Shown: positions 1 to 9,082, numbered from the stretch's first letter. The stretch is 32,000 nucleotides of DNA from Sedimentisphaera cyanobacteriorum (GCF_001997385.1 NZ_CP019633.1:240001-272000), one strand, 5' to 3'. Made by a program: numbers and translations. The notes: generated by a model not told the origin, from the sequence alone.

Positions 1-1
1 G

Positions 2-2980
2 ACAACTATTCCAGTGCCTTCAAATTGGGAGTTTCACGGTTTTGGACGCTATAACTACGGACACGACGGGAACAAGTCTGATGAGAAGGGCAAATACCGC
101 AAAGAATTCAAAGTTCCCTCAGAATGGCAGGGCAAGCGTATTAGTATTGTCTTTGAAGGCGTGATGACTGATGCAGAGGTGTTTGTAAACGGCTCCTCAG
201 CAGGTCCTGAGCATCAAGGGGGTTTTTATGAATTTGAGTATGACATAACAGACCAGCTGAACATAGGAGGCAATAATCTGCTTGAGGTAACGGTAAGCAA
301 AGTTTCAGATAACAAATCTGTTAAAAAAGCTGAGCGAAAAGCTGATTTCTGGGTTTTCGGCGGAATTTACAGGCCGGTTTATCTAAAAGCTGTGCCTCAG
401 GAATCTATTAGCTGGACAGCTGTTGATGCACAGGCCGACGGGAGTTTTACCGCGAAGGTCTATATAAAAAACGTTCAAGAATGCAATCTTATTAAAGCAA
501 AAATTTTTGATCAGTCAGGTGAAATGCTTGGAAAGCCTTACAAGCAAAGCATTAAAAAATCGGAAGATTGCAGCACTCTCAAAACTCGGGTAAAAGGCCA
601 TAAAACTTGGACTGCCGAAAGCCCTGATTTATATACCCTGCAAGTTGAGCTTTGCAGAGATGATAAAACCGTTCATAAAGTAAAAGAGAAGTTCGGCTTT
701 AGAACTTTTGAAGTGCGTGAGAAAGGGTTTTATCTCAACGGAACTCGAATCCGTTTCAAAGGCGTAAACAGGCACAGCTTCTGGCCTGATTCCGGCCGCT
801 GCGTGAACAGAGAGATAGACTATAAAGATGCAAAGCTGATCAAAGAAATGAATATGAATGCTGTGCGTCTTTCGCATTATCCTCCAAATAAAAGCTTTCT
901 GCAGGCCTGTGATGAATTGGGGCTGTATGTTATTGATGAGCTTACCGGATGGCACGATGCCTATGATACGCAGGTGGGCAGGAAGCTTGTTGCCGAGATG
1001 GTAAAAAGAGATGTTAATCATCCGAGCATTATGCTGTGGGCGAACGGAAATGAGGGAGGCCATAACTTTGATTTGGTTTCAGAGTATTCTCTTTACGACC
1101 CTCAGGAAAGGACAGTGATACATCCTACGCCCTCATGGAACTCCCCTTCGGTATTCAACGGCATTGATACCGCCCATTACTGCAGCTATGAGGATTTTAT
1201 CAAAAGGCTTGCCAAGCGGGAGAATATCTTTATGCCTACTGAATACCTGCATGGGCTTTACGATGGAGGCCACGGTGCAGGGCTTGAGGATTACTGGAAG
1301 GCAATGATGAAATCGCCGGTAGGTGCAGGCGGTTTTTTATGGGCTCTGGCAGATGAGGGCATTGTGCGAACAGACAAAAACGGCCGAATAGACACCGACG
1401 GCAATCATGCACCTGACGGGATTGTCGGGCCTTACCGTGAAAAAGAAGGAAGCTTTTATACGATAAAAGAAATATTTTGCCCGGTAGAAGCCTTTATTGA
1501 AGAAAGCTCGCATTTCAAAGGAAAGATACAACTGCGTAATTTGTATGACTTTACAAATCTCAGCGAGATTAAATTCAAATGGCAGCTGGCCGTTTTTTCC
1601 AAAGGTAAAAATGCTGATAAAATTATCAAAGAATCAGGCCGAATAAATGGGCCGAAAATTAAGCCAGGCAGAACTGGCAGTCTTAAGCTTGATTTGCCCG
1701 AAAACTGGAACCGGCATGATGTTTTATATCTCAAGGCTTATGACCCCGCCGACCGGCTTTTATGGACTTGGAGTTTTGCCCTGAAAAACCGAAATGAAAT
1801 GCTCCCTGAGATCATTTCACGGAAGTCTGAGAGCAAGCCCGAAGCGGCAGAAGAGGGAAGCAGTATCGTTGTGCAAACAGCAGATCATAATTTCAGTTTT
1901 AACAGCAGCAGCGGCCTGCTTGAGAAAGCGATGTACAAAGGGAGTGAATTCAGCATCACAAACGGCCCTGAAATAGTTCATTCTCAGCAGAAATATAACA
2001 TCAAAAAGCTGGAGAAAGGGGCGCGTATATACACGGACCGCGATTATTCCGTTACTGATTATCCGGTGAGCTTAAAGGGAGCTTATCTTGTAGCAGGAAG
2101 CAATGATGATAAGCATAAGAAGGATTTAAGGCTGAAAATAAATCTGCCAAAACCGGCTGCTTTATATGTGGCATACGACTCTCGCCAGACCAGCTTGCCT
2201 CAATGGCTGAAGAAGTGGGAAAAAACCGGCAAAACGATTTCTACTACAGACGCAGAGTTTGAGCTGTATTCCAAATTTGTTTCAGGCAGACAAATTGTAT
2301 TAAGAGAAAATAATGCAGACTCAATGTATTTTGTCCTGTCTCGTGCTGAAGTGATTCCCGGCAGAATGCTCTCTCCGGTGTCTCAAATAAGCTCCGGCTA
2401 TAAAGGCGATATCTTCCGAATTAAAGCATCCTCAAAACAAGGGGATAAGAAGTTTACATGGTCTGTTTATCCAAGCGGCAAGCTGGGATTGGATTATTCA
2501 TACTCTCTCAAGGGCCGGTATGAATACTTCGGGATTTCTTTCGACTGTATGCCGGAATCTGCTGAAAATATGCGCTGGCTTGGGCAGGGGCCGAGCCGTG
2601 TTTGGAAGAATCGACTCAAAGGCGGCTGGCTCGATATCTGGGAAAGACGATACAACGAAGGCATTCCTGGCCAGGCGTGGGAATACCCTGTTTTCGCCGG
2701 CTATTATGCAAACTGGTACTGGCTGGAGCTAAACTCAGAAAGCCGGTCTGTTATGATTCATAATACCACCGATAACCTTTATTTCAAAGTTGGTGATATC
2801 AAAAACGGAAGGGATCCAGCGAATACGAGGGTTAAAACCCCTGAAGGTTTTCTCTGCTTTATGCATGCAATCAACCCTATAGGTACGAAATTTAGAAAGC
2901 CGGAAGATTTAGGGCCTATGAGCAGTTTAAATTCCGCAGAAAAACACTATTCTGGTACTTTGATTTTCGATTTTAGATGA
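2..2980 (+). CDS. Glycoside hydrolase family 2 (beta-galactosidase-like), 5'-truncated by the window edge
   Basis: The frame is open from base 2 (TTIPVPSNWEF...), so the GTG at 14 used by the track is internal. GH2 hallmarks are present: IPVPSNWE, NMNAVRLSHYPP, WANGNEGG (acid/base region) and MPTEYLHG (nucleophile region). The C-terminal part resembles LacZ domain 5 (WLGQGPSRVWKNRLKG, EYPVFAGYY). Confidence 0.85.
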   Translation, partial: TTIPVPSNWEFHGFGRYNYGHDGNKSDEKGKYRKEFKVPSEWQGKRISIVFEGVMTDAEVFVNGSSAGPEHQGGFYEFEYDITDQLNIGGNNLLEVTVSKVSDNKSVKKAERKADFWVFGGIYRPVYLKAVPQESISWTAVDAQADGSFTAKVYIKNVQECNLIKAKIFDQSGEMLGKPYKQSIKKSEDCSTLKTRVKGHKTWTAESPDLYTLQVELCRDDKTVHKVKEKFGFRTFEVREKGFYLNGTRIRFKGVNRHSFWPDSGRCVNREIDYKDAKLIKEMNMNAVRLSHYPPNKSFLQACDELGLYVIDELTGWHDAYDTQVGRKLVAEMVKRDVNHPSIMLWANGNEGGHNFDLVSEYSLYDPQERTVIHPTPSWNSPSVFNGIDTAHYCSYEDFIKRLAKRENIFMPTEYLHGLYDGGHGAGLEDYWKAMMKSPVGAGGFLWALADEGIVRTDKNGRIDTDGNHAPDGIVGPYREKEGSFYTIKEIFCPVEAFIEESSHFKGKIQLRNLYDFTNLSEIKFKWQLAVFSKGKNADKIIKESGRINGPKIKPGRTGSLKLDLPENWNRHDVLYLKAYDPADRLLWTWSFALKNRNEMLPEIISRKSESKPEAAEEGSSIVVQTADHNFSFNSSSGLLEKAMYKGSEFSITNGPEIVHSQQKYNIKKLEKGARIYTDRDYSVTDYPVSLKGAYLVAGSNDDKHKKDLRLKINLPKPAALYVAYDSRQTSLPQWLKKWEKTGKTISTTDAEFELYSKFVSGRQIVLRENNADSMYFVLSRAEVIPGRMLSPVSQISSGYKGDIFRIKASSKQGDKKFTWSVYPSGKLGLDYSYSLKGRYEYFGISFDCMPESAENMRWLGQGPSRVWKNRLKGGWLDIWERRYNEGIPGQAWEYPVFAGYYANWYWLELNSESRSVMIHNTTDNLYFKVGDIKNGRDPANTRVKTPEGFLCFMHAINPIGTKFRKPEDLGPMSSLNSAEKHYSGTLIFDFR

Positions 2981-3075
2981 TTTTTACTGTTCATAGTCTG
3001 TTTTTAAGTATAGAATTATCTTCTTGAGAAGCGTTCGTTTTATAATGACAATAGCTAAATAAATATGGTGAAAAA

Positions 3076-4320
3076 ATGGAATTAGAGAAATACTCATTCG
3101 GTGTTGGAGATCGCTTCGGCTGTCAGGGGAAATGGCAGCTCAAAGCGATAATGCAGGCTAAAGAGGCGGGGCTGGATATTGTGCCGGTGTGGAATAAATC
3201 ACACCGCGAGCACAAGGCAGTCGGCAGCCGTCCGGAGGATGTAAGGCTCGAGGCAGACCAAAGCGTGCAGGCGCTCGGCTGGCAGGGGGCTTATCACGTA
3301 GATGCAGACCATATCAATCTGAGCAATGTATCGGAATTTATAGGCTTCAGCGATTTCTTCACGCTTGATATCGGAGACTATATCGGAACTGCACCGGCAG
3401 GGCAGGATAAGGATAAATTCACCGCTGAAGCATTTGAGTATGCCGGCAAACTGAAAATTCCGGGCATTGAAGAGGAATATCAAGTTTCACCTGAGCAGAT
3501 AGAAATCATTGCAGACAAGTATCTCTTTGCGGTTAGGGAAGCGGGGAAAATCTACCGCACAATCGAGAAGGCCAAGGGCAATGGCAGCTTTATCACCGAG
3601 GTTTCAATGGATGAAACCGAATCCCCGCAAACCCCCGCAGAGCTGTTTTTCATACTGCTTATGATATCCCGGGAGGGCATTCCGGCGCAAACCATCGCCC
3701 CGAAATTTACCGGACGCTTCAAAAAAGGCGTTGATTACGTGGGGGACCCTGCAGACTTTGAGAAAGAATTCAATCAGGATATAGCCGTAGTTCAGTTTGC
3801 CGCTGAGGAATTTAAACTGCCGAGAAATATCAAGCTCAGCGTGCATTCGGGCAGTGATAAATTTTCGATTTATAAACCAATCAACAGGGCGTTAAAGAAA
3901 TTTAATGCAGGCGTGCACGTTAAAACTGCCGGCACAACCTGGCTTGAAGAGCTTATTGGCCTTGCGGAAGCCGGCGGAGGCGGCCTTGAAATTGCAAAAC
4001 GCATCTACAAGGAGTCTCTGGAGAGATTCGATGAGCTTACTGCCCCGTACTGGTCTGTAATCGATATAAGCAAAGATCGCCTGCCTTCTGCAGAAGAGAT
4101 TCAAGTCTGGAGCTCTGAGAAATTTGCTGATGCTATCCGCCATGAACCTGATTCAAAAGATTTCAATCCGGATATGAGGCAATTGCTCCATGTGGGCTAT
4201 AAGATTGCTGCTGAGATGGGAGAGGAATACCCTCAAGCCTTGAATAAGTATGAAAGCAGCATTTCGAAAAATGTAACGAACAATATTTACAACAGGCATA
4301 TATTGCCGCTGTTTGGCTGA
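3076..4320 (+). CDS. uxaE: Tagaturonate/fructuronate epimerase (UxaE family)-like protein
   Basis: 414-aa ORF. The motifs SFGVGDRFG, YHVDADH, EVSMDETESPQTP, KLSVHSGSDKFSIY and HVKTAGTTWLEE match my recollection of the UxaE (Thermotoga TM0440-type) family. Not verified by search. Confidence 0.6.
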   Translation: MELEKYSFGVGDRFGCQGKWQLKAIMQAKEAGLDIVPVWNKSHREHKAVGSRPEDVRLEADQSVQALGWQGAYHVDADHINLSNVSEFIGFSDFFTLDIGDYIGTAPAGQDKDKFTAEAFEYAGKLKIPGIEEEYQVSPEQIEIIADKYLFAVREAGKIYRTIEKAKGNGSFITEVSMDETESPQTPAELFFILLMISREGIPAQTIAPKFTGRFKKGVDYVGDPADFEKEFNQDIAVVQFAAEEFKLPRNIKLSVHSGSDKFSIYKPINRALKKFNAGVHVKTAGTTWLEELIGLAEAGGGGLEIAKRIYKESLERFDELTAPYWSVIDISKDRLPSAEEIQVWSSEKFADAIRHEPDSKDFNPDMRQLLHVGYKIAAEMGEEYPQALNKYESSISKNVTNNIYNRHILPLFG

Positions 4321-4478
4321 TTTAGAGTATGAAACTGCATGAAATTTTAATCTTCAGCCTGGATTTTTGGCAGAATACAGCCAACTTTTGAAATTCTTCG
4401 CAAAAAAACTTATTTTTTCTTACTAAACTGATTTGTCTGAATCATAAGATAGTGAAGGAATTCTTTTAAGGTTTTTTT

Positions 4479-4997
4479 ATGCAAAAAAAAGATGAGTTTT
4501 TAAAGCTGTTTTTAGCCTGCAACAACAGGCTGTATTGCTATATAATTACATTAGTTCCCAATAAGGCTGAGGCTGATGATATTTTTCAGAATTCTGCATT
4601 AGTGATGTGGGAGAAGTTTGATGACTTTATAGAGGGCACAAACTTTTTCAGCTGGGCATGTACTGTCGCTCGTAATAAGGTGTTTGAGCATTATCGCACC
4701 CAAAAACGTTTTTCTAATTTAATTGATAATCAGCTTCTCGAAGATATTGGCAGTAATTTTCAATTCAATTCTCAACAGGAGAACCTCAGACTTTCTGCTC
4801 TTAACGGCTGCGTAACTAAACTAAGCGATAATGATAAAGAGCTGATAAAAGCCAGATTCACTAACGGAACAAGTTTAAAGGCTTTTGCAAGACAAACAGA
4901 AAGTTCTATTAATACTATATATAAACGTATGGCTTACATTTATGCGATGCTTCAAAACTGCGTTGAAAAGACCTTAAAGCAATGGGGGCAGGAATGA
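4479..4997 (+). CDS. ECF-type RNA polymerase sigma-70 family factor (Rhodopirellula/Verrucomicrobium subgroup-like)
   Basis: 172 aa. Region 2 reads AEADDIFQNSALVMWEKFDDF...FFSWACTVARNKVFEHYR. Region 4 contains an HTH (LSDNDKELIKARFTNGTSLKAFARQTESSINTIYKRMAYIYAMLQNCV). An anti-sigma gene follows with an ATGA overlap. Confidence 0.85.
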   Translation: MQKKDEFLKLFLACNNRLYCYIITLVPNKAEADDIFQNSALVMWEKFDDFIEGTNFFSWACTVARNKVFEHYRTQKRFSNLIDNQLLEDIGSNFQFNSQQENLRLSALNGCVTKLSDNDKELIKARFTNGTSLKAFARQTESSINTIYKRMAYIYAMLQNCVEKTLKQWGQE

Positions 4998-6694
4998 CTA
5001 AGCAAGAGATATACAAACTTTACATTAAAATCGTTTCTGCTATTGAGGTGGATTTGAGCGATAAAGAAAGGGCTGAGCTCCTGCGCACCGTCAGTTCTGA
5101 TTCAGATGCTGCTTATTATTATTCGCGTTTTATGGAAATGTATTCTATGATGAGCTCACAGGAGGGCAGCTGCATAATCAAAAGCTTAATAGAATCAGAC
5201 GAAGATTTGAGCGTTTCTGATGCAGTTAATATTGATAAAAGCATTATTGACCGGATTTTAGAAGAGCAGAAAAATGCACAGCCAATCAATAAAAACAGGC
5301 AGGAGCAAAAGCATCACAACTCAGTTAAACGAAATCAGCTGAATTCGCCTGATTCGTTTCGCCAGAAAAGGCAGATATCAAAAATAAACCTTTACTCTGC
5401 AATCGCCGGCGCAGCGGCTATGCTGTTTTTATTCATATACGCCAATTTTATTTACAGGCCGGCGGTGGCTTATGTGAAAGACAGTATTGATGTTTATTCT
5501 GCTGAGAAAAATTTAAGCAATGATCAAGGACTGAAACCAGGCGGCTATTCTCTTTCGGAGGGTATATTAAAGATAAAATTTGAAAAGGGCACTGAAGCTA
5601 TATTAGAAGCTCCGGCTATGTTTACACTGGTAAGCCCCGGCGAAATAATTCTTGAATACGGCCGCCTTAATGCGAATGTTCCGCCTGATGGTAAAGGATT
5701 TATCGTAAAAACAAAGAATGCAGTAATAAAAGACCTTAGCACGCAGTTTGGAGTGGAGGTAGGGCATCTTGCAGATTGCAAGGTTTATGTTCACAAAGGC
5801 AGTGTAGAGTTATCGTCGGATAAATCATCAAATGCTGAACATAGCATAGAGCATTTCGCAGAAATATTACGCCAGTATCAGGCTGTGGAATTTAATGAAA
5901 GCAGGGGCTTAGCCGATGTTGAGTACCCTGAAACGGGTTATGTTCGTGATTTTTCTTCAGAAGACAGTTTCGTTTGGCGAGGAGAAAGTTTTTCTCTTTC
6001 CGCTGCGGTTTCAGGTAAAAATGGTTTTAAGTTTGAAAGCGGAAATAAGGTTATAGATCTGTCTGACGGAAAGATTAAGCCCATTGAAAGCTGCTATAAA
6101 GGGTGGCGCGTGGCGCAGGACACTTTTAATGAAGTAGAAGGCAGTAAGTACATAGATTCAGTTTTCGTGCCTCAAAAAGACAAAAACGGATGCAAGATAA
6201 GCACTTCCGGCATAACTTTTGAATCCTTTTCTAACAGTGAAAGCGCCTTTTGGGCGCCTGTCAGCGGTGAGCCTGTTGTTTGGAACATTTCTGATAATCA
6301 GCCGGGAGGAGTGTTTGTAGATGTTGAAACAGGATATGATGATCCGGTAATTTTTATGCACTCAAACTCAGGGATCACTTTTGACCTGCAGGCTTTGAGA
6401 AAAAAGTACCCTTCGCTTCGGCCGTCTTTCTTTCAGACAATTTATCAGACCGCAATAAACCGCTCTGGGACAGGGGCATTCAGGTATTGGGTGTTTGTTG
6501 ACGGCGAAGTTGTCTCAGACGGTTTCCAGCCCGGGACAAATGATTTCCTCAACAGGAAAATTTCAGTTCCATTAAATCAAAACTCCCGATTCTTAACTCT
6601 CGCAATCACCGACAAGGACGACGGAACATCATACGATTGGGGGGTATTCATTAAACCCGTGATCAAATTCGATTTGAAGCCGCTCACTGAATAA
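4994..6694 (+). CDS. FecR-type transmembrane anti-sigma factor with a C-terminal NPCBM-like sensor domain
   Basis: ATG 4994 overlaps the sigma stop codon (ATGA at 4994-4997); the track's alternative start is 4982. There is a single TM segment (INLYSAIAGAAAMLFLFIYANFIY) and a FecR-like region (GILKIKFEKGTEAILEAPAMFTLV...GRLNANVP...FIVKTKNAVIKDLSTQFGVEV...VYVHKGSVEL). The C-terminal beta-sandwich-like tail ends in DGTSYDWGVFIKPVI. Confidence 0.75.
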   Translation: MTKQEIYKLYIKIVSAIEVDLSDKERAELLRTVSSDSDAAYYYSRFMEMYSMMSSQEGSCIIKSLIESDEDLSVSDAVNIDKSIIDRILEEQKNAQPINKNRQEQKHHNSVKRNQLNSPDSFRQKRQISKINLYSAIAGAAAMLFLFIYANFIYRPAVAYVKDSIDVYSAEKNLSNDQGLKPGGYSLSEGILKIKFEKGTEAILEAPAMFTLVSPGEIILEYGRLNANVPPDGKGFIVKTKNAVIKDLSTQFGVEVGHLADCKVYVHKGSVELSSDKSSNAEHSIEHFAEILRQYQAVEFNESRGLADVEYPETGYVRDFSSEDSFVWRGESFSLSAAVSGKNGFKFESGNKVIDLSDGKIKPIESCYKGWRVAQDTFNEVEGSKYIDSVFVPQKDKNGCKISTSGITFESFSNSESAFWAPVSGEPVVWNISDNQPGGVFVDVETGYDDPVIFMHSNSGITFDLQALRKKYPSLRPSFFQTIYQTAINRSGTGAFRYWVFVDGEVVSDGFQPGTNDFLNRKISVPLNQNSRFLTLAITDKDDGTSYDWGVFIKPVIKFDLKPLTE

Positions 6695-6900
6695 CTGGCT
6701 TTGCTGTTTTTGAGAATTCAATTTATCCCTTTACCCTTGACTTTTCTTCTTATTTTTTGAGCTCAGGGGCGCAGCGGTCAATTATGCGGGGCACCGCAAC
6801 GTGCGACCATTTATCAGCTCTGGCGGGGAAACCGTTCTCATTCAGTCAGCAAGCTGTCTCACTCCAGCCTTCGCCTTGTTTCCTTTGCTGAATGGTGATT

Positions 6901-6918
6901 TTCCTGACTTCGGCGGTA
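6901..6918. repeat. Left terminal inverted repeat of the IS
   Basis: TTCCTGACTTCGGCGGTA. Its exact reverse complement lies at 8759-8776. Confidence 0.75.
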
Positions 6919-7011
6919 TGATTGTGGAAAACTCTGCAAAAAGTGGGTTTTGAGGCTGTTATGAGGGTTTGTTAAGTTCGGTTCGCTCGTAGTGCCTAAT
7001 TTTTTATTTTT

Positions 7012-7039
7012 TTGACACAATGTTTTGATTTCGTATAAT
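7012..7039 (+). promoter_or_regulatory. Consensus sigma-70-type promoter for the transposase
   Basis: TTGACA (7012-7017), a 16-nt spacer, then TATAAT (7034-7039). A T-rich tract lies upstream. The ATG at 7048 is only 8 nt after the -10 box. Confidence 0.55.
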
Positions 7040-7047
7040 CTGCATTT

Positions 7048-8670
7048 ATGTTTATACGAGTAAAGACATCAAAAAACAGTCCGAAGCAGTCGGTACAGAT
7101 TGTAGAGAGTTATCGCAACGAGAAGAACCAGCCTCGTCAGCGTATAGTTCGTCATCTCGGCACAGCCTTCACAGAAGAAGAGCTTAAGCGGCTCAAGGAT
7201 TTTGCCGAATTCGAGAAGGCCAAGCTTGAGGCCGAGAAAACGCCGGCACTTTTCAAGCCTGAGCATCTTGCAGAAGCTGCAATAGATGCCCGCAAAAACA
7301 TTGATGATAAGCCTTTGCGGGTCAATCTAAAGAATCTCAGGGAACAGGCACGCATAACTACAGGCATCCATGAGGTATTCGGCAGCATCTACAATGAGCT
7401 TGGCTTTAACAATCTTTTCGATAGACGCAAAGAGTCTGCAGGCAAAAACCTTCGTCATATCACAATGGCAAGGCTTGCAAACCCAGTGAGCAAACGCAGC
7501 AGCGTTCAGGATCTCTCCAAAGACTTCGGCATTAACCTTTCTTTAGACAGCGTTTACCGTATGATGGATAATATCACAGATGATATTATCAGCAAGGCTC
7601 AAAACTGTGCTCACAGTGCTGCTAAAGGCCTTCTCGGCGAAGAGATAAGTCTTCTTTTCTACGACTGCACCACGCTTTATTTTGAATCATTTACAGAAGA
7701 TGAGCTCAAAAAGAACGGCTACAGCAAGGATATGAAGTTCAATCAGCCGCAGGTTGTCCTTGGTCTTCTGTCCACATCAGAAGGGCTTCCAGTAGGTTAT
7801 GAGGTATTCCCCGGCAATCAGTATGAAGGGCATACGCTGCATACTGTAATCCCTAAGATCAAAGAGAAATACAACCTCAAGCGTGTTATCTTCACCGCAG
7901 ACAGCGCAATGCTTAGCAAGGCTAATCTTGATTACCTTGAAAAGCAGGGAGTTGAGTATATTGTGGCAGCGAGGCTTAAAAGCCTCACTGATAAATGGAA
8001 AGCAAAGGTTACAGAATCCAATGCCCCGCTTAGAAGCTTTGATTACGGCAAAGATACAAGGCTTATTGTTACCTACAGCGATAAACTCGCTAAAAAGAAT
8101 AAGCACGACAGGGATGAAGCTATAAGAAAGCTCCAGGAGAAGCTTGAAAAGAGCAGCAACCCCAAATCACTTATAAGCAACTACGGCTACAAGAAGTTTA
8201 TGCGTGTTACCGGCGATATAGATTGCCGGATAGATGAAGAGAAATATGAAGAGGCTGCGAATTTTGATGGTCTTCACGGTGTTATAACGAATGTTAAGGA
8301 TATGGATGATTCGGCTGTAGTAGATCATTACAGGCAGCTCTGGCTGATTGAAGAGTGCTTCAGGATAAGCAAGCACGATCTGAAGATACGGCCGATATAC
8401 CACTGGACGCCGAAACGAATCAAAGCCCATATACTGATATGCTTTATCGCTCTAACCTGCGCGAGAAATCTGGCCTACAGGGTTCGGCTGAGATTTGAGC
8501 CGATGTCTGTGGCGAGGATTGTAAATGCCCTCAACCACGTGCAGCTGAGCATACTCTGGGATAAGAAAACAGAGTGCAGATATGTCCTGCCATCAAAGAT
8601 TAACGAGGACGCAAGAAAACTCTATAAAACAGTTAATCTCAGCACCAATACAACGCCTTACAAAATGTAA
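7048..8670 (+). CDS. IS1634-family DDE transposase
   Basis: 540 aa. The N-terminus MFIRVKTSKNSPKQSVQIVESYRNEKNQPRQRIVRHLG is typical of IS1634-family transposases. The DDE region includes LLFYDCTTLYFES, VIFTADSAMLSKANL and YRQLWLIEECFRISKHDLKIRPIYHW. Confidence 0.9.
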   Translation: MFIRVKTSKNSPKQSVQIVESYRNEKNQPRQRIVRHLGTAFTEEELKRLKDFAEFEKAKLEAEKTPALFKPEHLAEAAIDARKNIDDKPLRVNLKNLREQARITTGIHEVFGSIYNELGFNNLFDRRKESAGKNLRHITMARLANPVSKRSSVQDLSKDFGINLSLDSVYRMMDNITDDIISKAQNCAHSAAKGLLGEEISLLFYDCTTLYFESFTEDELKKNGYSKDMKFNQPQVVLGLLSTSEGLPVGYEVFPGNQYEGHTLHTVIPKIKEKYNLKRVIFTADSAMLSKANLDYLEKQGVEYIVAARLKSLTDKWKAKVTESNAPLRSFDYGKDTRLIVTYSDKLAKKNKHDRDEAIRKLQEKLEKSSNPKSLISNYGYKKFMRVTGDIDCRIDEEKYEEAANFDGLHGVITNVKDMDDSAVVDHYRQLWLIEECFRISKHDLKIRPIYHWTPKRIKAHILICFIALTCARNLAYRVRLRFEPMSVARIVNALNHVQLSILWDKKTECRYVLPSKINEDARKLYKTVNLSTNTTPYKM

Positions 8671-8758
8671 TTTCACCCGCCGAAAAACCTTCCGAAATAG
8701 GGTTTGTAGTGCCTGCGCAAAAAATCGAGTCCTTTATTGACAAGGACTTATGAAAATT

Positions 8759-8776
8759 TACCGCCGAAGTCAGGAA
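8759..8776. repeat. Right terminal inverted repeat of the IS
   Basis: TACCGCCGAAGTCAGGAA, the reverse complement of 6901-6918. Confidence 0.75.
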
Positions 8777-9082
8777 GAGAGTCTCTGCCATAAGAGGATC
8801 TCGAACCCTGTTTGCATGAGAAAGCCCATTCCTGCTTGGAGGGGTTGCACGGCGGATAGGAGTCAAAGCTCCAGAATGATTACGCAATGTGTCGGAAACG
8901 TCGTTGAGCGAGAGACTGTGAGCAATCTGGACATGAAGCATAGATACAATGTGCGACCAGCAAGAAAATGTTCGTGATTGCTTGTCAATACCGAAAGACC
9001 GAGACAATTTTGAAACAAGATGTGCAGGAATATGTTGGCATATTTGCTTAAGAATGCTATATTGATGTTTGGCGGGTGTCAT
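8777..9082 (-). pseudogene. IS4-family transposase, N-terminal DUF4372 fragment truncated by the IS1634-family insertion
   Basis: The sequence MTPAKHQYSILKQICQHIPAHLVSKLSRSFGIDKQSRTFSCWSHIVSMLHVQIAHSLSLNDVSDTLRNHSGALT...PPSRNGLSHANRVRDPLMAETL matches the DUF4372 N-terminus of IS4-like transposases. An AGGAG RBS lies 7 nt upstream of ATG 9082. The native sequence stops at 8777, where the IS inverted repeat begins. The DDE domain is absent from the window. Confidence 0.75.

Larger units (their letters stand above)
6901..8776 (+). mobile_element. IS1634-family (IS4 superfamily) insertion sequence, about 1.88 kb
   Basis: A perfect 18-bp terminal inverted repeat TTCCTGACTTCGGCGGTA (6901-6918, reverse complement at 8759-8776) brackets a single 540-aa DDE transposase ORF. 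The right end sits inside an IS4-family transposase reading frame. Confidence 0.7.

Noticed and set aside
4331-4356. GAAAC-N16-CTTC upstream of the ECF sigma gene as a possible autoregulated ECF promoter
   Set aside because: The -10 part does not match the usual CGT-containing ECF motif, and the match is too short to distinguish from chance.
6766-6830. tRNA-like opening GGGGCGCAGCGGTCA in the spacer after the anti-sigma gene
   Set aside because: There is no T-loop (GTTCRANYC), no acceptor-stem complement and no cloverleaf that I could fold by eye.
8639-8776. The 3' part of the track ORF 8639-9082 (minus), which makes the IS4-family fragment look like a 147-aa protein
   Set aside because: Residues after ...AETL are translated from the IS1634-family terminal repeat and interior (FLTSAVNFHKSL...). 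This is fortuitous read-through into the inserted element, not native coding sequence.
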